Assembly: GCA_964016885.1 (NCBI GenBank)
Contig: OZ024740.1
Coordinates: 244,032,001 to 244,096,000 of the forward strand
Source of the DNA: Eledone cirrhosa
Lineage: Eukaryota
Direction of reading: 5' to 3'
DNA length: 64,000 nt
Numbering within the stretch: the first letter of the stretch is position 1; each line of letters opens with the position of its first letter. The notes under the pieces are model-generated. The model saw only the letters and a program-made list of their open reading frames with translations. It searched no databases and was not told the origin of the DNA. The translations under genes were made by a program, and so were the position numbers. This document shows positions 1 through 14,424 of the stretch, piece after piece.

Positions 1-1075
1 CAAGGGCCTGAGGTCGATGCGGCCCAAGCTGAAAACATGCAGAAATGGAAGGTCAATGAGGCGGTAGATGCAGCAAAAGAAAGTCTTACGATCAGAGATA
101 TAATGGACACACTAATAGGCAATGACTGGGAGCAACAAAGATGGAACGGTAGTCAGACAGAGGCCAGGGCAAAGATGAGGATAGATCTGCTTTTACAGGA
201 GGTAAAGGAAGAAGAGGATTCTAGAAGACCCCGAAAGGCATTTTAGCAGAGCCAACAGGACCAGTGGATGACGTGGGAAGGTGCACTCCAGAAGTGTCTT
301 AGTTGGAATGACTTGTGGCATGTGGTACCTCTCATAATCAGTTTTCTCCTCAGATCTGTCTATAACCTCCTGCCCTTGAATACGAATTTAGTCAAGTGGG
401 GGAAAATCAGATATCCCCGAGTGCCCACTCTGCTAGGGTAAGCAGAGAGTGGAACAGGCTCTGAGCTCATGCAGAGTAGCACTAGCCCAGGGTAGATATA
501 CGTGGAGACACAATCAAGTGCTGAAAGAGATCATACATGTGATAAGTACGGCAAAAGTAAAACCCGTAGTATGTGAATCTCCCATAACATTCTATACGGC
601 AAGAGACGGCAAATCATGGCCAGGAACAGCTATGCCATACAGAGCACAGGGCTCGCGTCTTCTGAGTGGTGCGGACGACTGGGAGTGTACAGTAGATTTC
701 GCAGTATCAGAAAAATAACCAGAAACCACCAGAAAGAGTGGTTTGAGGCCGGATAACATACTACATACCAGTTCAACAAAACAACTGATTTTCATTGAAC
801 TACTCATGCCATTTGAAAGTAGAAAAGAAGCGCACGTATTCAAGTCCGAGAAATATGCCAGTTTGGCCAATAGTCTGTGGGAAGCTGACTTCTGAGTCAA
901 AGTTCTTGCCATAGAAGTTGGAGCCAGAGGCTTTGTGGGAAAATCTGCCTACAATCTCATGTAACAACTTTCAGTCTCTGGGAAGATGAGGACCAAAGCT
1001 CTAAAGGCAACATAAGAGGCAGTGGAAAGGTGTTCCAGCTGGATCTGGTCGAGGAGGAACAAAAACGACCTCCAT
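1..1075 (+). mobile_element. Degenerate 3' part of an RLE-type (R2-superclade, Hero-like) non-LTR retrotransposon
   Basis: Across broken frames: KWKVNEAV..., QQDQWMTWEG, LSWNDLW, CPLC...LSSC (CCHC knuckle), QGRYTWRHNQVL, LRPD...FIEL..PFE...K..KY, AIEVGARGF (PD-(D/E)xK nuclease); stops and frameshifts. Confidence 0.75.
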
Positions 1076-1205
1076 ACCACGTGAGAGGCATCGTTTGTAT
1101 CTTAACTCGCACTAAGAGAAGTAATTCTGAGTCAGTTGTAGTTTATAGTGTTGGCGATACTGTTGATGTCTCACCGCTCACCATGACAGCCAACGTTATT
1201 TTTCC

Positions 1206-1390
1206 TGGATTGGCAGTATCGGTAGAGGGTCGGACGCCATGCTTTCCAGCATAGTTACGCCCCTTTACGATCTCAGTTCAAATCCCGCCGAGGTTGACTT
1301 TGCCTTTCATCCTTACGGGGTCGATAAAAGAAAAGTACCAGTGATGCACTGGGTAATTGCTGGCCTTGTGCCTAAAGTAGAAACAGTTAT
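1206..1390 (+). mobile_element. tRNA-derived SINE, family S1 (Meta/MESC-like central core)
   Basis: A box tggcagtatcgg, B box gttcaaatcc, core gcctttcatccttacggggtcgataaaa, tail ggccttgtgcctaaagtagaaaca; several near-identical copies in window. Confidence 0.85.
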
Positions 1391-2635
1391 TTTTCCAATT
1401 CAAGAAAGTATCTAAATATAACTTTTAAAGCAGAGACAACGGAGAGGAATTCCTGCTAGATCCTGTCCACAAAATCTCCCTATGGTTTAAATACACAGCA
1501 AGCCTCCCATATCTAAATGGCTAAATGTCAGCAAAAGTGAAACCAGAAGTCATGACCTGGATGCCACCCGGCCCCTTAGAGTGTAAGAAGTTAAAAGCTG
1601 AAACACTCGCTTGAATGGGGTTGACTAAACACAGACGTGCTTTCCTCTCGTGAAAAATATTTCAATTCTTTTTCTCTTCTTACTTTTGTCAATCTTCCAA
1701 TTTCTTCTATCGTCCATTTATCTTCCGAAGAAGAACTATCAACCGAAAGGTTAAGACTCTTTCCCCACTATATTACAGCGTTAAACTTATATATATCATC
1801 CTTTTATTATACTGTTCTCCCATGATGTTTTTCTTTTGTTGACTTTTCGCATACACCCAGGTCCCAAATAATAAAGGTGTGCGTGGAATAAGCGGCGTGG
1901 TCGTGGGGGTGGAAATTTGCTTAAATTCTTATACGTGGGGGTTGGAATAAACGTGGTGGTTGGTAAATCGGTAATTGTATAGTGTACGTTCGTAAATATG
2001 GGATTTCTTGTAATGTTCTTTTTTTGTCATACATAATGTTTTTTTTTAATGTAAAATAAATTTATTATTAAATTCTCCAGCTGCTGTATCGATATGAATC
2101 ACTTAAAATAAATTTTCGCTGAAGATAGATTAGCAAAATTTAATAAGCGGGAGGGGGTGGATATTATTCAAGACCTGAGAGTACATACGTATATGTGTGT
2201 ATTTGCACATACGCGTGTCGGATAGAAATTTCTCAATACAAAACGTCTGTAGACTGAAGGTGTGATGTAAGTTTAGGCAATCTGTAATTTTACAAAAATA
2301 ATTGTCACGTGTATTCATTTGATGTTAATTGTTCTTACTGTACTCAGTAATAAACATACTTTGCTCACGTAAACTTTTGAATATAACAAAAATATTTGGT
2401 GTATAAAACTTCGAAAATGACAACATTCCATAGTGTAGTCAGCACTTTACTTCATTCACTAGTAAATGGTTTCACATTTTCACAATAAATATAACTAATT
2501 TGTAAAAGTAAACACTTTCACTTTTTTTTCACCCAGAAATCACTTAGCTTTAGTTACCTAGCACATCTTCAGGAGACCCTGGAACGAAGAAAGGGCCATT
2601 TTCTGTAATATTTAGTTTTTTTGTAAGAAAAGATT

Positions 2636-2754
<119 letters not shown>

Positions 2755-2798
2755 AGTGATGAATAACATGGTCAACAGTACAAAAAAGGGTTTTATTT

Positions 2799-2913
2799 AC
2801 AGTCTTAACAATTGTTCCACTGATTAAGTTGTCTAAAAATTGCTGAACACTTGAAGCTGTGCCACTCAATTTCAAATACGTTGTTAGCTTAATCAGATCA
2901 TCAGAAGAACTGT
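2799..2913 (-). ncRNA. Type-I hammerhead ribozyme motif (A13G lesion)
   Basis: Minus strand acagttctt-CTGATGA-tctgattaag...cttaatcagt-GGAAC-AATT-GTT-aagactgt; stems I, II and III pair. Confidence 0.65.
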
Positions 2914-3091
2914 TAAAAATATACTCAGTGTCTACGAATTCAAATTACATCATTAATAAAGAAAGTGAGAGAAAAAAGAAAGAGAGAGAGAAAAAAGAAA
3001 AAGGAAAAAGAAAAAAAAGAAAAAGATATAGAGAAAAAAGACAAAGAGGAAAAAAGAGAAAGAGAAAAAGATGAAGAAAATAAGATAAAAG

Positions 3092-3322
3092 ATAAATAAA
3101 AATAAAAATAAAAATAAAAATAAAAATAAAAATAAAAATAAAAATAAAAATAAAAATAAAAATAAAAATAAAAATAAAAATAAAAATAAAAATAAAAATA
3201 AAAATAAAAATAAAAATAAAAATAAAAATAAAAATAAAAATAAAAATAAAAATAAAAATAAAAATAAAAATAAAAATAAAAATAAAAATAAAAATAAAAA
3301 TAAAAATAAAAATAAAAATAAA
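3092..3322. repeat. (AAAAAT)n hexanucleotide microsatellite
   Basis: Direct inspection. Confidence 0.95.
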
Positions 3323-5803
3323 GAGAAAAAAACAATGACAACAACAATACATGAATAAATGCTAATAAACAAGTTACATCGAGGATGATAAAAAAATAAT
3401 ACAAAATATGATAAAAAATAAATAAAAATGTTTATATGTGCGAAGAAAAGTAAACAGTATAATTATTGAGAGTTGTGGTGTTGGTGGTTAAAATATAGAG
3501 ATATGATGGTATAAACATGAAAATGTTAAATATATTCATGTATGTATTAGTTACATTAATAAATAAATAAATACATTAATTAATTATTTAATTAATTGTA
3601 AGTTATATTAGAAGTGAAAATAATACGATAATATATAATGTAAGAGATGAAATAAATTTAGGGAAAGAAATAGAAAGATAGAAAATGAAAGAGAGAAAGA
3701 GAAAATATAAAATATAAAAGGTTATGATGTTGGTTCATTGACAGTTGATGACAATAATAATAATAATTGTTTCTACTTTTGGCACAAGGCCAGCAATTAC
3801 CCAGTACAATGATAATAGGTTATTATAATAGTTCAGGTGGTACAATTTGAATTATGGAATAGATGGGATGAATTAAGTTGGTCTGAAATTATCGAATTTG
3901 CTCGCCGTTTTATGCCTACAGAAAATTGTTCGTTCAATTTTGCTGTTAAGTAGCATTTTGTTATATTATAAAATATGGAATAATTCCATATTACAAAGTC
4001 TACAGTTGGACATGCCAATTTTATAGGCCATTGCCGTTGACAACTTCACCCAGCTAATTCTGTATTCCTGGTTTGAATCTTTGAGCTGCCAGATTTTATT
4101 GGCGAGCGTCGATGTGTTCATAAGCTTCCGGTTATTTATAGAGTGTCTGTGGACATACCACCTTTTCTTGAACTCCCCCGCCGTCGAACCTATCTAGTGC
4201 CATGCTAAGTTGCCTGAATTTATAGTACACTATATTTGACTCTAGGCATCTATTTTGTAATGGGCATTTATCAGGCAAATGACAGTTACATTTTGATGCT
4301 TTCCTATGCGCCGGTTCCGCGATACGGTTTTGTATGTTGTTATGTATGGGCTGAGAATTGAGTTTGTTGATGTATTGTCGTGATGTGTTCCTACGTGTGT
4401 TTGGTTGTGATGATGTTATGTGTTTGTGTTTTATATTTGGTGTTATGGTACTTGTTTGCAGGCTATTTGTATTAGAGATTTTTTTATAGTTAATTTTATG
4501 TATGTGCGATTCTATGTTGTTGTCAGTAGAGTATGATAGTTTGATAGTAATAAGAACTCTGACGACATGCAGTAGACAAGGAAGCGGAGACAACAATGCT
4601 AAATTGACTATTTAACTTATGGGATTATCACTTTTCTTTTTGCAGTCAATTACCTCTTATGTCTAACCAAAGTTTAAGAAATGACGAATCAACAGTTGTC
4701 TGAAGTCAATGCTTGATGATGATGATGTGTGTGTGTATGTATGTGTGTGTGTTGAGTTCTGTGGTAATTTTTTTGTGTATGTGTACATTTCTGTTATGTT
4801 CTTTTGTTTATTTTGTGGAGTTTAATGCTTTCGTTGATTTACAAGGACCAATTTTTTTCATGGTGATTGATATTTTTTTCTAATTTTCATTGGTTTGTTT
4901 TACCAGTTAGACAGGAAGGCAGTGCACATAGCCCTTTTTAGGACCAACGAAACTGAAAAGAAAGGGGAAAGTATCCTCAAACTGAATACCTAGTGTCTAT
5001 GCGCACGCTCAGACACACTCTCTCTCACACACACACACATATGTATGTATATATGCATGTATGTTCATATCATAGATAAAGAGGAATACATCACAAAAAT
5101 AAACACTATACTTCAAGATAATAACAAATGTAAAAGAATTACGAAATACACCACTGCTCTACTAAAAACTAAAGTTAATAAATTACTGCTGTTAACGCTC
5201 AAATAAGATGCATCCACTTCCCAAACATTACATGAGAATTTAGTCTTGCACACATCTATAGCACAGTTCAGACACATAAACCTAACAAAGCTTCCCAGCC
5301 AACAATCTTCCAAATCAACTCACCCACAACGACTGGATACTATCAAGTCATATATGCCAGATCGCGACAGTATTAGATCAAAAGGCTTCCGTGAAACCAG
5401 CACGAAACAGATGAAGTTGGCAACATCTCCACCATGGAAGTCGAAAACCTTTGCACTGATGTCTCAGAAATTGAAATAGTATCTAATATCCTGGGCAACG
5501 TATATACACAACCCCCATTAAAATCCCCGAGTAATACAGAAACACCATGAAAAGGTTATTGATGGAATGTATAATTCAGGTTTCCTTCCGCTTGCCACAA
5601 AGTAACATAGGACCATGTGGCTATGGGCTTCCAACACGAGCCCATATAAGCGTCGTTCTACATGTATAAAGTGGAAAACATAGTTGTCCCTAAACACAAC
5701 TACACCATCTATGTCGATTTATTGTCACTGACAATAAAGACAATTTCATGACTAATTCCATCTTGACATTTACAATCCATCACATATCCAACGAAAACTC
5801 AAA

Positions 5804-6198
5804 AGAAGAAGAAGAAGAAGAAGAAGAAGAAGAAGAAGAAGAAGAAGAAGAAGAAGAAGAAGAAGAAGAAGAAGAAGAAGAAGAAGAAGAAGAAGAAGAA
5901 GAAGAAGAAAAAGAAGAAGAAGAAGAAGAAGAAGAAGAAGAAGAAGAAGAAGAAGAAGAAGAAGAAAAAGAAGAAGAAGAAGAAGAAGAAGAAGAAGAAG
6001 AAGAAGAAGAAGAAAAAGAAGAAGAAGAAGAAGAAGAAGAAGAAGAAAAAGAAGAAGAAGAAGAAGAAGAAGAAGAAGAAGAAGAAGAAGATGAAGAAAA
6101 AGAAGAAGAAGAAGAAGAAGAAGAAGAAGAAGAAGAAGAAAAAGAAGAAGAAGAAGAAGAAGAAGAAGAAGATGAAGAAAAAGAAGAAGAAGAAGAAG

Positions 6199-6228
<30 letters not shown>
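5804..6228. repeat. (GAA)n microsatellite with GAAAAA/GAT interruptions
   Basis: Direct inspection; explains poly-Glu ORF 5748-6272. Confidence 0.95.
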
Positions 6229-6229
<1 letters not shown>

Positions 6230-6708
6230 CAGATTGAAAATTATGACAGTTGAGGAAAACTCGAGGAGTTGATCGTTTTAATGTATAATGACGTAATCAA
6301 AGGTATCATCAAATATATTTTTGTTTTATTTTTACACCCTATCATTTTCATGGACATTTTCAGTATATATGCACGGCGTCATGGAAGTACTCGGTTACGT
6401 GCCTGAGCGCGCGGTTAGCCCATCGGGGTGAGAGACACCTAATTCTTGTTAGGACATCATTCTAAGAGAGGAAAACGCTGATGTAAAACCTGTGACTCGA
6501 TGGCAGCCAATGGTGTTGACCTATTCTGTTTTGGGGATACGTGACAGTGTTGTTCAGAGAGTTGGATTGATCTAGTGCAAGGCCTTTCTTCATTTAAAAA
6601 AGCTTTAAGCACAGACATCACTTGATCTAAACGACTTACACATGTTTTGTATAAGCATGGCCTTTTCTTTTTCCTTTCGTTGCAGCATATGCAAAAAGGA
6701 ATCTAAGT

Positions 6709-6782
<74 letters not shown>

Positions 6783-6804
6783 TAGATAGATAGATAGATA
6801 GATA

Positions 6805-7265
6805 ACTTTCTTTCTATTTGCCACCAGGGCATCAAAAGTGGGACAAGTACAATGGGAGGAGTTTACATAACAAGGCGTCCTCGATATGGAGGAGGCAATA
6901 ACAAAGTATAAAAATAAAATACAATATAACAAAATAAATTTTATAACAAAATCCTCCATAGGGAGGAGGCGCCTTGGGGGGTCGCACACACCCCCGAAAA
7001 AAAGTGTGCAACCCTTCTCCTCAGGAGCACAGAGAGGGGGTGCTCCCTTGATCTTTCCTCTTCCTCACCTATAGTCTGATGTAGAGTGAAGGCCTATTCA
7101 CACGGGCCATTCTCGCCACTTTCATCCATCTTTCATAAAAACGGCTGGGGTGCAGCACCTCCATCTCCATCCTGATCCTTCTTCCGAAATGATATCGGAA
7201 GAAACGGACCAGTTGTTGGCCAGAGAGAAAGGTGTCTGACCTCAGTCCTTTCAGACGCGTCCACC

Positions 7266-7266
<1 letters not shown>
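6805..7266 (-). mobile_element. Tx1/L1-like LINE 3' end (subfamily B), between (GATA)n tracts
   Basis: WWTRLKGLRSDTFLSGQQLVRFFRYHFGRR matches the C-terminus of ORF 38531-40213; same 3'UTR. Confidence 0.85.
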
Positions 7267-7338
<72 letters not shown>

Positions 7339-7339
<1 letters not shown>

Positions 7340-10300
7340 TTCTTTATTTGCCACAAGGGCGCACAAGAAAAGGGGACAATACAAAGACATATGGCGGGGA
7401 TTTTACATGCAGTCGTGTAAAAACATTTTAACATACAAATTCAACAATCGAAATCCCCAATAGAGGGGAAGGCGTTACAAATGGGTTGTTTTATACCCCG
7501 TAGATAGAACAACCCTCAACTCCAGGAGAATGATGTGCAAGTGCTCCTTTCTTTTTTTTGCTCTCTTCTTCAACCTACAGGTTTATATACAGAGAAGGCC
7601 CAATCACTCGGGCCATTTTTTCCACATTCACCCACCTCTCAGTAAATTTACTGGTGTCCACCATATAACCTCTTTCACCATAGCCACTATACAGGGGAAA
7701 ACCGCCTCTCTTTCGTTTTTAAATGAAGGTGGCGATTTGATCCTTACTATGGACTCGGTAGTCAATTGGATTTGTCCCACACGCGACAGCAATTGTTTTG
7801 CGTAGTTCCACAGGTCGGTTACGCCCGAGAAGTGTCCAATTGCGTGCAGGACGGTTTCAATGTCCCGCTCGCATCTTGGACAGGTCCTCCTTGAAGGATC
7901 CCTGCCGGGGCGTCCGAGCCTGTAGATCTTATCGCGTACTGGTAGAGCTCGTCGGTAGCACTGCCAGGCCAGGGACCTTTGGAAGTTGTCCATAGGTCCC
8001 GGGTGGTAAGTCCTACCGAACAGACTGGCGAGCTCGTCTTCTTCGACGCCCAGAGTCTCTCCGAGCACGTCGTCGCACTTGTGTAGTACTAGCCCTCTAT
8101 AGAATGACGAAGTGGAGTCTCCACTGATTGCTGTGCCCGCTTGACAGAGGAATGTTAGCGCCTGAGCGTATTCGATGTGCCAGGGAACCATTTTCTTCGG
8201 TCTCTGCTTGACCCAGGACTGCAGCTCCTTCAACGAGAGAAGTTGCGGAAAAAACATGTCTCACACACGGGGCCCACACCGGTTGGTCGGTGAGGAATAC
8301 CTGGAGATGCCGTAGCCTCAGAGCGTGTTTACGCATCATCAGCCACGGCATTCCAAGTCCTTCGTTGGAAGGTTGCTGGCACAGACGGATCTCCTCAACA
8401 GTGGAGCTTGCTTCTTCCAAACGAATTGGAAGAACATGCGTTCCATTTTGGTGAGGTATACACGGCGACAAGGTACGACGATCAAGCGGTAGTAGATGAC
8501 GCACGCTATGAAAGTGTTCACCATCTCCACTCGACCTTTCAAGGATAGTTTGCACTCTGCCCACTTCTGAGTGAGCGCAAATACCTTGGCCGTGACCACG
8601 TTCCAGTTCTTCTCCACCTGGAGGTCCTATCGCCCAGCGTCCGACGACGCTGTCGGACGGCATCGGTTTGCCCGTCCACCTTCTGAGTTGCAAACCAACA
8701 GATTTGTCCGGGTTGAGTTTTGCTCCTGTAAGTCTTTCGTATTCCTGCAGTAAGTTGCCGATCCCCCCGATTTCCGAGGTTTTCGACACCATTGCTGTCA
8801 CGTCGTCAACATAAGCCGACGCCACTTTGCGCAGTCCCGGTTCCAACGGAATGCCATGCAAAAGCTCCAACTTCATCAGTAGTGGCTCTAGAGTTAATAC
8901 GTACAGAATGGAGGAGAGAGGGCATCCCTGTCGCATGGAACGCGTGATTGGGAACGGCTTCGATAGGTAGCCGTTCACCTTGACTGTCGAGCAGATGTTG
9001 GTATGCATGGCTGTGATCCAGCCTCTGAAGACGGGTCGGAAACCAGCCGCCTTGGGAACTGCTTCCAAGTATCGATGGTCAACTCTATCAAACGCCTTAG
9101 ACTGACCTAAGCTGATCAGAGCCCCACCGAAGCCGAGTTTACACCTCACCCTCTCTATGATGTATCGAATGAGGTGGAAGTTGTCGTGTATGGACATGGG
9201 TGGAATTGCACACGTTTGAGCTTTTCCTACCAGGTTCTCGACGACAAGCGCCAGCCTCGTTGCTAACACCTTGGCCAAAATCTTTAACTCTGTGTTTAGG
9301 AGAGTTATGGGCCTGAAGTTACATATTTCGTCCCCTTTCCTGATCAGCGTTACTACGCCTCTGCCAACAGAACTGGGTATTCTCCCGTTCTGCATCCCGT
9401 TTGCAGTAGACGGCTTCGAGGACGCCAGAGAACAAGTCCGACATGCCTATGTAAAATTCATAGGGTAGACCATCTAGACCGGGTGATTTGCGTTTCCCGC
9501 AGCGGCCTAGAGCGTCCCGTATCTCAGTGTCTGTGATCGATCTTTCGCAGAACTTGGCGTCCATGCTCGAGAGACGCGGTAGGCCGTCGACGTATGAACC
9601 GAAGTTCATTGCCCCGTTCGTCGCACCGCTCTGCTCGAACAGTTGCGCAAAGTGCTGCTGAAAGGCCGTGCACATCTGCCTGGAATCAAGTAGCACGCGT
9701 CCGTTTTGGTCTTTCAAAGACCGAATCGTGGACTTGTTGCCACTTTTCGCCTCTTCCACTTGGGCCCAGCTAACAGCTTTTGCTCCCTCGTTTCCTAGAG
9801 CACGTGATCTACTCCTGACCACGCAGCCTTCGTGTTTCGCATCGAAGAACTGGTCTAGTGCCGTTCTTGTTGCTGGTACTCTAGCTGCATTGCCACTCCT
9901 AAGCGCCTCATCTTCCTTGGCTACTAGTTCTCTTTCTGTTTTGTCTTTCTCTGAGGCTAGTTCTTTGCTAAAAGCTATGGACTCTACTCTAATTGTTCTT
10001 TTGAGAGAGCACCACCATCTATTGTTGATGATGGCTCCGGTCAACTGGTGCTTAACTAAACTACTTATCCGTCAACTGTAGGCTTTACGCGTCGGTAACG
10101 ACATGTTCAGCTTCCAGTATCCGGGTCCTTGTCTATACGTTCTATCATGGTTGACTATGCAGGTGACTAGTTTGTGGTCCGAATAGGCAACCATGTACAT
10201 TTGTGGACAGCTTAACATTTTCCCGTCTCTCTCTCTATAATTAAAAATCTATCTAAATACGATCTAGATGTCCCACTGCGATTTATCCATGTCCACTGTG

Positions 10301-11631
10301 GTGCAGTTGGGAAATCTAGTCATACATATTGACCAGTTGGAATTGGCCGATTAACTTTTTGAGGCTGCTGCACCCGCCTCTACTGAGACATGTTCCTACA
10401 TAGTCCCAACGTGCGTCTCGGATACCATTCCAGTCCCCCCACTAAAAGCAAGGAGCGAGACGTTCCCAGAAAAGTCTCTAGACGCTTAAAGAAGTCTGGC
10501 CGCGATGTCCGAGTCGAGGCATAAACGGCCACCAGCCTGAAGGCTCCACCTCCAACACTGTTCACGTCTAGGACCACCAGTCTACTCTTCGGGTCCAAGT
10601 GTACTTGCTGTATTTCGAGGTCCAGTTTTTTCAGAAACATAACAGAACATCCCCCTCCACCTCCTGGCTGACAGAGAGATGCGTAGATCTCAAAGTCATT
10701 GAAGATGGAGGTTAGTTGCTGCCTGTTGTGGATCCTGAACTTGCTGATGGCTATCACATCCATACCATGTGACCTAAGGTCGTTTAAAAGTTGGCCCTGT
10801 TTCCAGGGAATCCCTAGACCACGCACATTCACACTTCCAACTCATAAATTTGCCATGTTGGTGGAGAGAAGTTGGTGAAAAGCACGAAAAGATTCACTTA
10901 CCTTTTCGTTTCCTGGAGATCGGGTTGTTCAATCTCCATTTGGGTGTTGTTGGAGGTGTTGTGTGGGGTGGGGAAACGTTTCAAGAGGACGTGGTTAATG
11001 GATTTTTGGCACGGGTTCCCGACGTCCTGTGAAAATTGACTCTTCAGTTTCTGGTAGGTTTCCACCGAAACCGTTATCAGTTTTAGGTGTGGTTCCGTGT
11101 CTGCTTTGACAAATGTCCCCCCCCCCCCCCAGTTTCTACTTTGGGGTCTTTGGAGATGACCTCCATCAGGTTTTTGTTATTGGTGTTAATGTATGTGTAC
11201 TGTTGTTTATATTTTTGTTGTGTTGTTTTTGTTTGTTGTTCATTTGGAAGTTTTCTTTTTATGGTGGGTATTTGTGTTTGGGGTGGTGTTGGTGTTGGCG
11301 TTTGTTTTGCTGGTAGGGGAAGGGGTTTGATTGAGGTGTTGTTTGTGTTGCTATTTGCGTTGGTGGTTGTGTGTTTGTGGTGGTGGTTGGTGTTTTTGTG
11401 GTTTTGTGGTGTTTCTTTTTTTGTTTTTTTTTTATTTCCGAGGCACTCCTTCATCCTCGCTTGGGGATGGAAAAGCAGCCTCGTCTGATGATGAATCGTC
11501 ATCAGGGGCGTGTGGGAGGGGTATGTTGTGTGGTGATGGTATGTTTGTGTGTGTGGTTGTAGTAGTGTTGGATGGAGTGGGGTGGGTCTGTGTTTTTCAG
11601 GGTAATTGTTTTTTCTGCTGTTTGTGGTTGA
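7339..11631 (-). mobile_element. Tx1/L1-like LINE (subfamily A), 5'-truncated in ORF1, ORF2 frameshifted
   Basis: APE NVRGL...VYA...LLVG (10380-10832), SPGLDGLPYEFY, FRPITLLN, KAFDRVDH, QGCPLS, YVDD, C-terminal CPRC..E..H; aataaa then (TCTA)n tail. Confidence 0.9.
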
Positions 11632-11647
11632 GTAGATAGATAGATAT

Positions 11648-12066
11648 CTTTCTTTATTTGCCACAGGGGCGTACAAAAATGGGACACTACAAGACGTGAC
11701 GGCGGGGGTTTTACATAAAAATAACTTTAACATTAATAAATAACAATAAACTATATATAATAAAATAACAATTGAAATCCCCAGTAGGGGGGGGGGGGCG
11801 TTACTGCAGGGTTGTTTTACACCCCCTGGAGAGAACAACCCTCAACACCAGGAACACGTTTTGTAGGTGTTCCTGTTTTCCCTCTGTTTATCTTCCTCAA
11901 CCTACAGGTTTATATACAGAGAAGGCCCATTCACTCGGGCCATTTTTACCACATTCACCCACCTTTCAGCGAATTTACTGGGGTGTAACACCTCTCTTTC
12001 CACTCTCACCTTCCTTCTGAAGTGATTCTTAAAGAAGGGGATAAGTTGTTGTCCGGAGAGAAAGGT
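11648..12066 (-). mobile_element. Tx1/L1-like LINE 3' end (third variant)
   Basis: 3'UTR homologous to 7339-7650, ends ggcaaataaagaaag plus (TATC)n. Confidence 0.75.
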
Positions 12067-13862
12067 GACAAATACAAAGGGGGAAGTTTACATACAATAA
12101 AAACGTGTAAAATATTATCACAAATGTAATTTAAAAGTTAATCGATTTTCCCCAATAGGGGGGAGACAGTTCTTATGGGTAACACATACCCCCGAAAAAA
12201 ATGTGCAACCCTCATCTCCAGGAGTACGAAGAGTTTGACCCCTTCCCTCTCTTCCTCCTTTTCCTCAACCTACAGGCTGATATAGAGAGAAGGCCCATTC
12301 ACTCGGGCCATTCTCGCCACTTTCACCCACCTTTCATAAAACTTGCTGCATCCTGATTCTTCTTCCAAAGTGGTATTTCAAAAAAAGAATCAGTTGTTGG
12401 CCGGAGAGAAAGGTGTCTGACCTCAGCCCTTTTAACCTTGTCCACTATACAACCTCTTTCGCCATAGGAAACCCGCCTCTCCTTCGTTTTTGAAGGAGGG
12501 TGGCGGTTTGATTATGACAATGGACTCGGTGGTCAACTGGATTGGTCCCACCCGCGACAATAGTCGTTCTACACAGCCCCACAGGTCGGTAACGCCCAGG
12601 CAGTATACAAATGCGTGCGCGAGGGTTTCCTCGTCGCGCACGCATCGGGGACAGATCTTTTTCGAAGGGTCCCTGCCCAGGCGCCCGTGTCTGTAGAGCT
12701 TGTCTGGAACTGGTAGAACTCCTCGGTAGCATTGCCAGGCCAGGGACTTTTGGAAGTTGTCCATCGGTCCCTGGCGGAAGGTTCTACCGAACAGACTGGC
12801 CAGTTCGTCTTCCTCTAGGATTTCTCCGAGCGCGTCGTCGCACTTGCTGCGGACCAACCCTCTATAGAATGACGAAGTGGAGTCTCAACTGATCGCCGGG
12901 TCCGCCTGCCAGAGGGCTGTGCACATTCGATGTGCCAGTCGCCCATTTTCCTCGGTCTTTGCTTGACCCAGGACTGCAGCTCGGTCAGCGAGACGAGTCG
13001 TGGGAATGCTCGCCTCACGAACGGGGCCCACACCAGTTGTCCGGTGAGGAATACGTAGAGATGCCGCAGCCTGAGCGCGTGTTTGCGCATTGTCAGCCAC
13101 GGCATTCCCAGCCCTCCGTTTGAAGGGTGTTGGCAGCAGATGGATCTTCTCACCAAAGGAGCCCGCTTCTTCCAAAGGAATTGGAAGAGCGCGCGCTCCA
13201 TTTTGGTGAGCGTTTTGGCTGGACAAGGCACGACGGTCAAGCGGTAGTAGATGATGGACGCTATAAAAGTGTTCGTCACCTCCGCTCGATCTTTCAAGGA
13301 TAGTTTGCACTCGGCCCACTTCTGGGTGAGTGCAAACACCTTGGCCGTCACCTCGTTCCAGTTATTCTCCACCTGGAGGTCCGGACCGAACCAGACCCCG
13401 AGCAGCTTTACCGGTCCTTCCGTCCAGCGCCCGACGACGCCATCGGAAGGCATCGGTTTGCCTCTCCACGATTCGAGTTGCAAACCAATGGACTTGTCCT
13501 GGTTCAGCTTCGCTCCTGTGAACCTTTCGTATTCCTTCAGTAAGGTGCCGACCTCCTCGATTTGCGAGGTGCTCGGCACCACTACTGTGACGTCGTCGGC
13601 GTAGGCCGACGCCGCTTTCCGCAGTCCCGGTTCCAGAGGGATGCCCTGCAATAGCTCCAACTTCCGAAGTAGTGGCTCGAGAGTCAGTACGTACAGAAGG
13701 GAGGAGAGAGGGCATCCCTGTCGAATGAATCGCTTGATATGGAACGACTCTGAGAGGTAGCCGTTCACTTTGAGCAGATGTTGCTGTTGTGCATTGCAGC
13801 AATCCAGCCCCTGAACACGGGTCCAAAGCCTGCCGCCTCGAGCACCGCATCCAGGTAACGAT
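12067..13862 (-). mobile_element. Tx1/L1-like LINE fragment (RT C-terminal half)
   Basis: QGCPLS, AYADD, KLLGVWFG, GGLGMP, CPRC..E..H...C in ORFs 12815-14083 and 12432-12857. Confidence 0.88.
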
Positions 13863-13865
13863 AGT

Positions 13866-13946
<81 letters not shown>

Positions 13947-14199
13947 AAAGTTCTTGTAATTCTGTGCTTAGATGTTCGAGAATAATGAAAGAAAGTATGG
14001 GAAAAAATTATTATAATTGATTTAAATAAACGTGAATGTAAATTGAAATAGAGAGATGACCTGAGTGGTAACTGGGAGATCAAGAAAACTCATGGATTCA
14101 AGTCTGTGATATAGTTTGTTGTAATCAAAGAAATAAGGAATTAGATATTTTTTACTATAATACACTTCGTCTCTGACGGGTACTATTCTAGTATTTAAG

Positions 14200-14424
<225 letters not shown>

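Noticed and set aside
1720-1760. HHR-like ccgaaga...gaaaggtt (similar relics at about 32290-32322 and 57945-58000)
   Set aside because: Multiple core lesions and weak stem II; possibly ancient relics but not supportable
5130-5800. Possible old LINE endonuclease fragment (ILGNVY..., MYNSGFLPLATK)
   Set aside because: Too degenerate to assign without a profile search
5748-6272. 174-aa poly-Glu ORF as an acidic protein
   Set aside because: Translation of a (GAA)n microsatellite; no flanking coding signal
6365-6640. GC-richer block resembling a LINE 5' leader
   Set aside because: No linked ORF or second copy in the window to support a call
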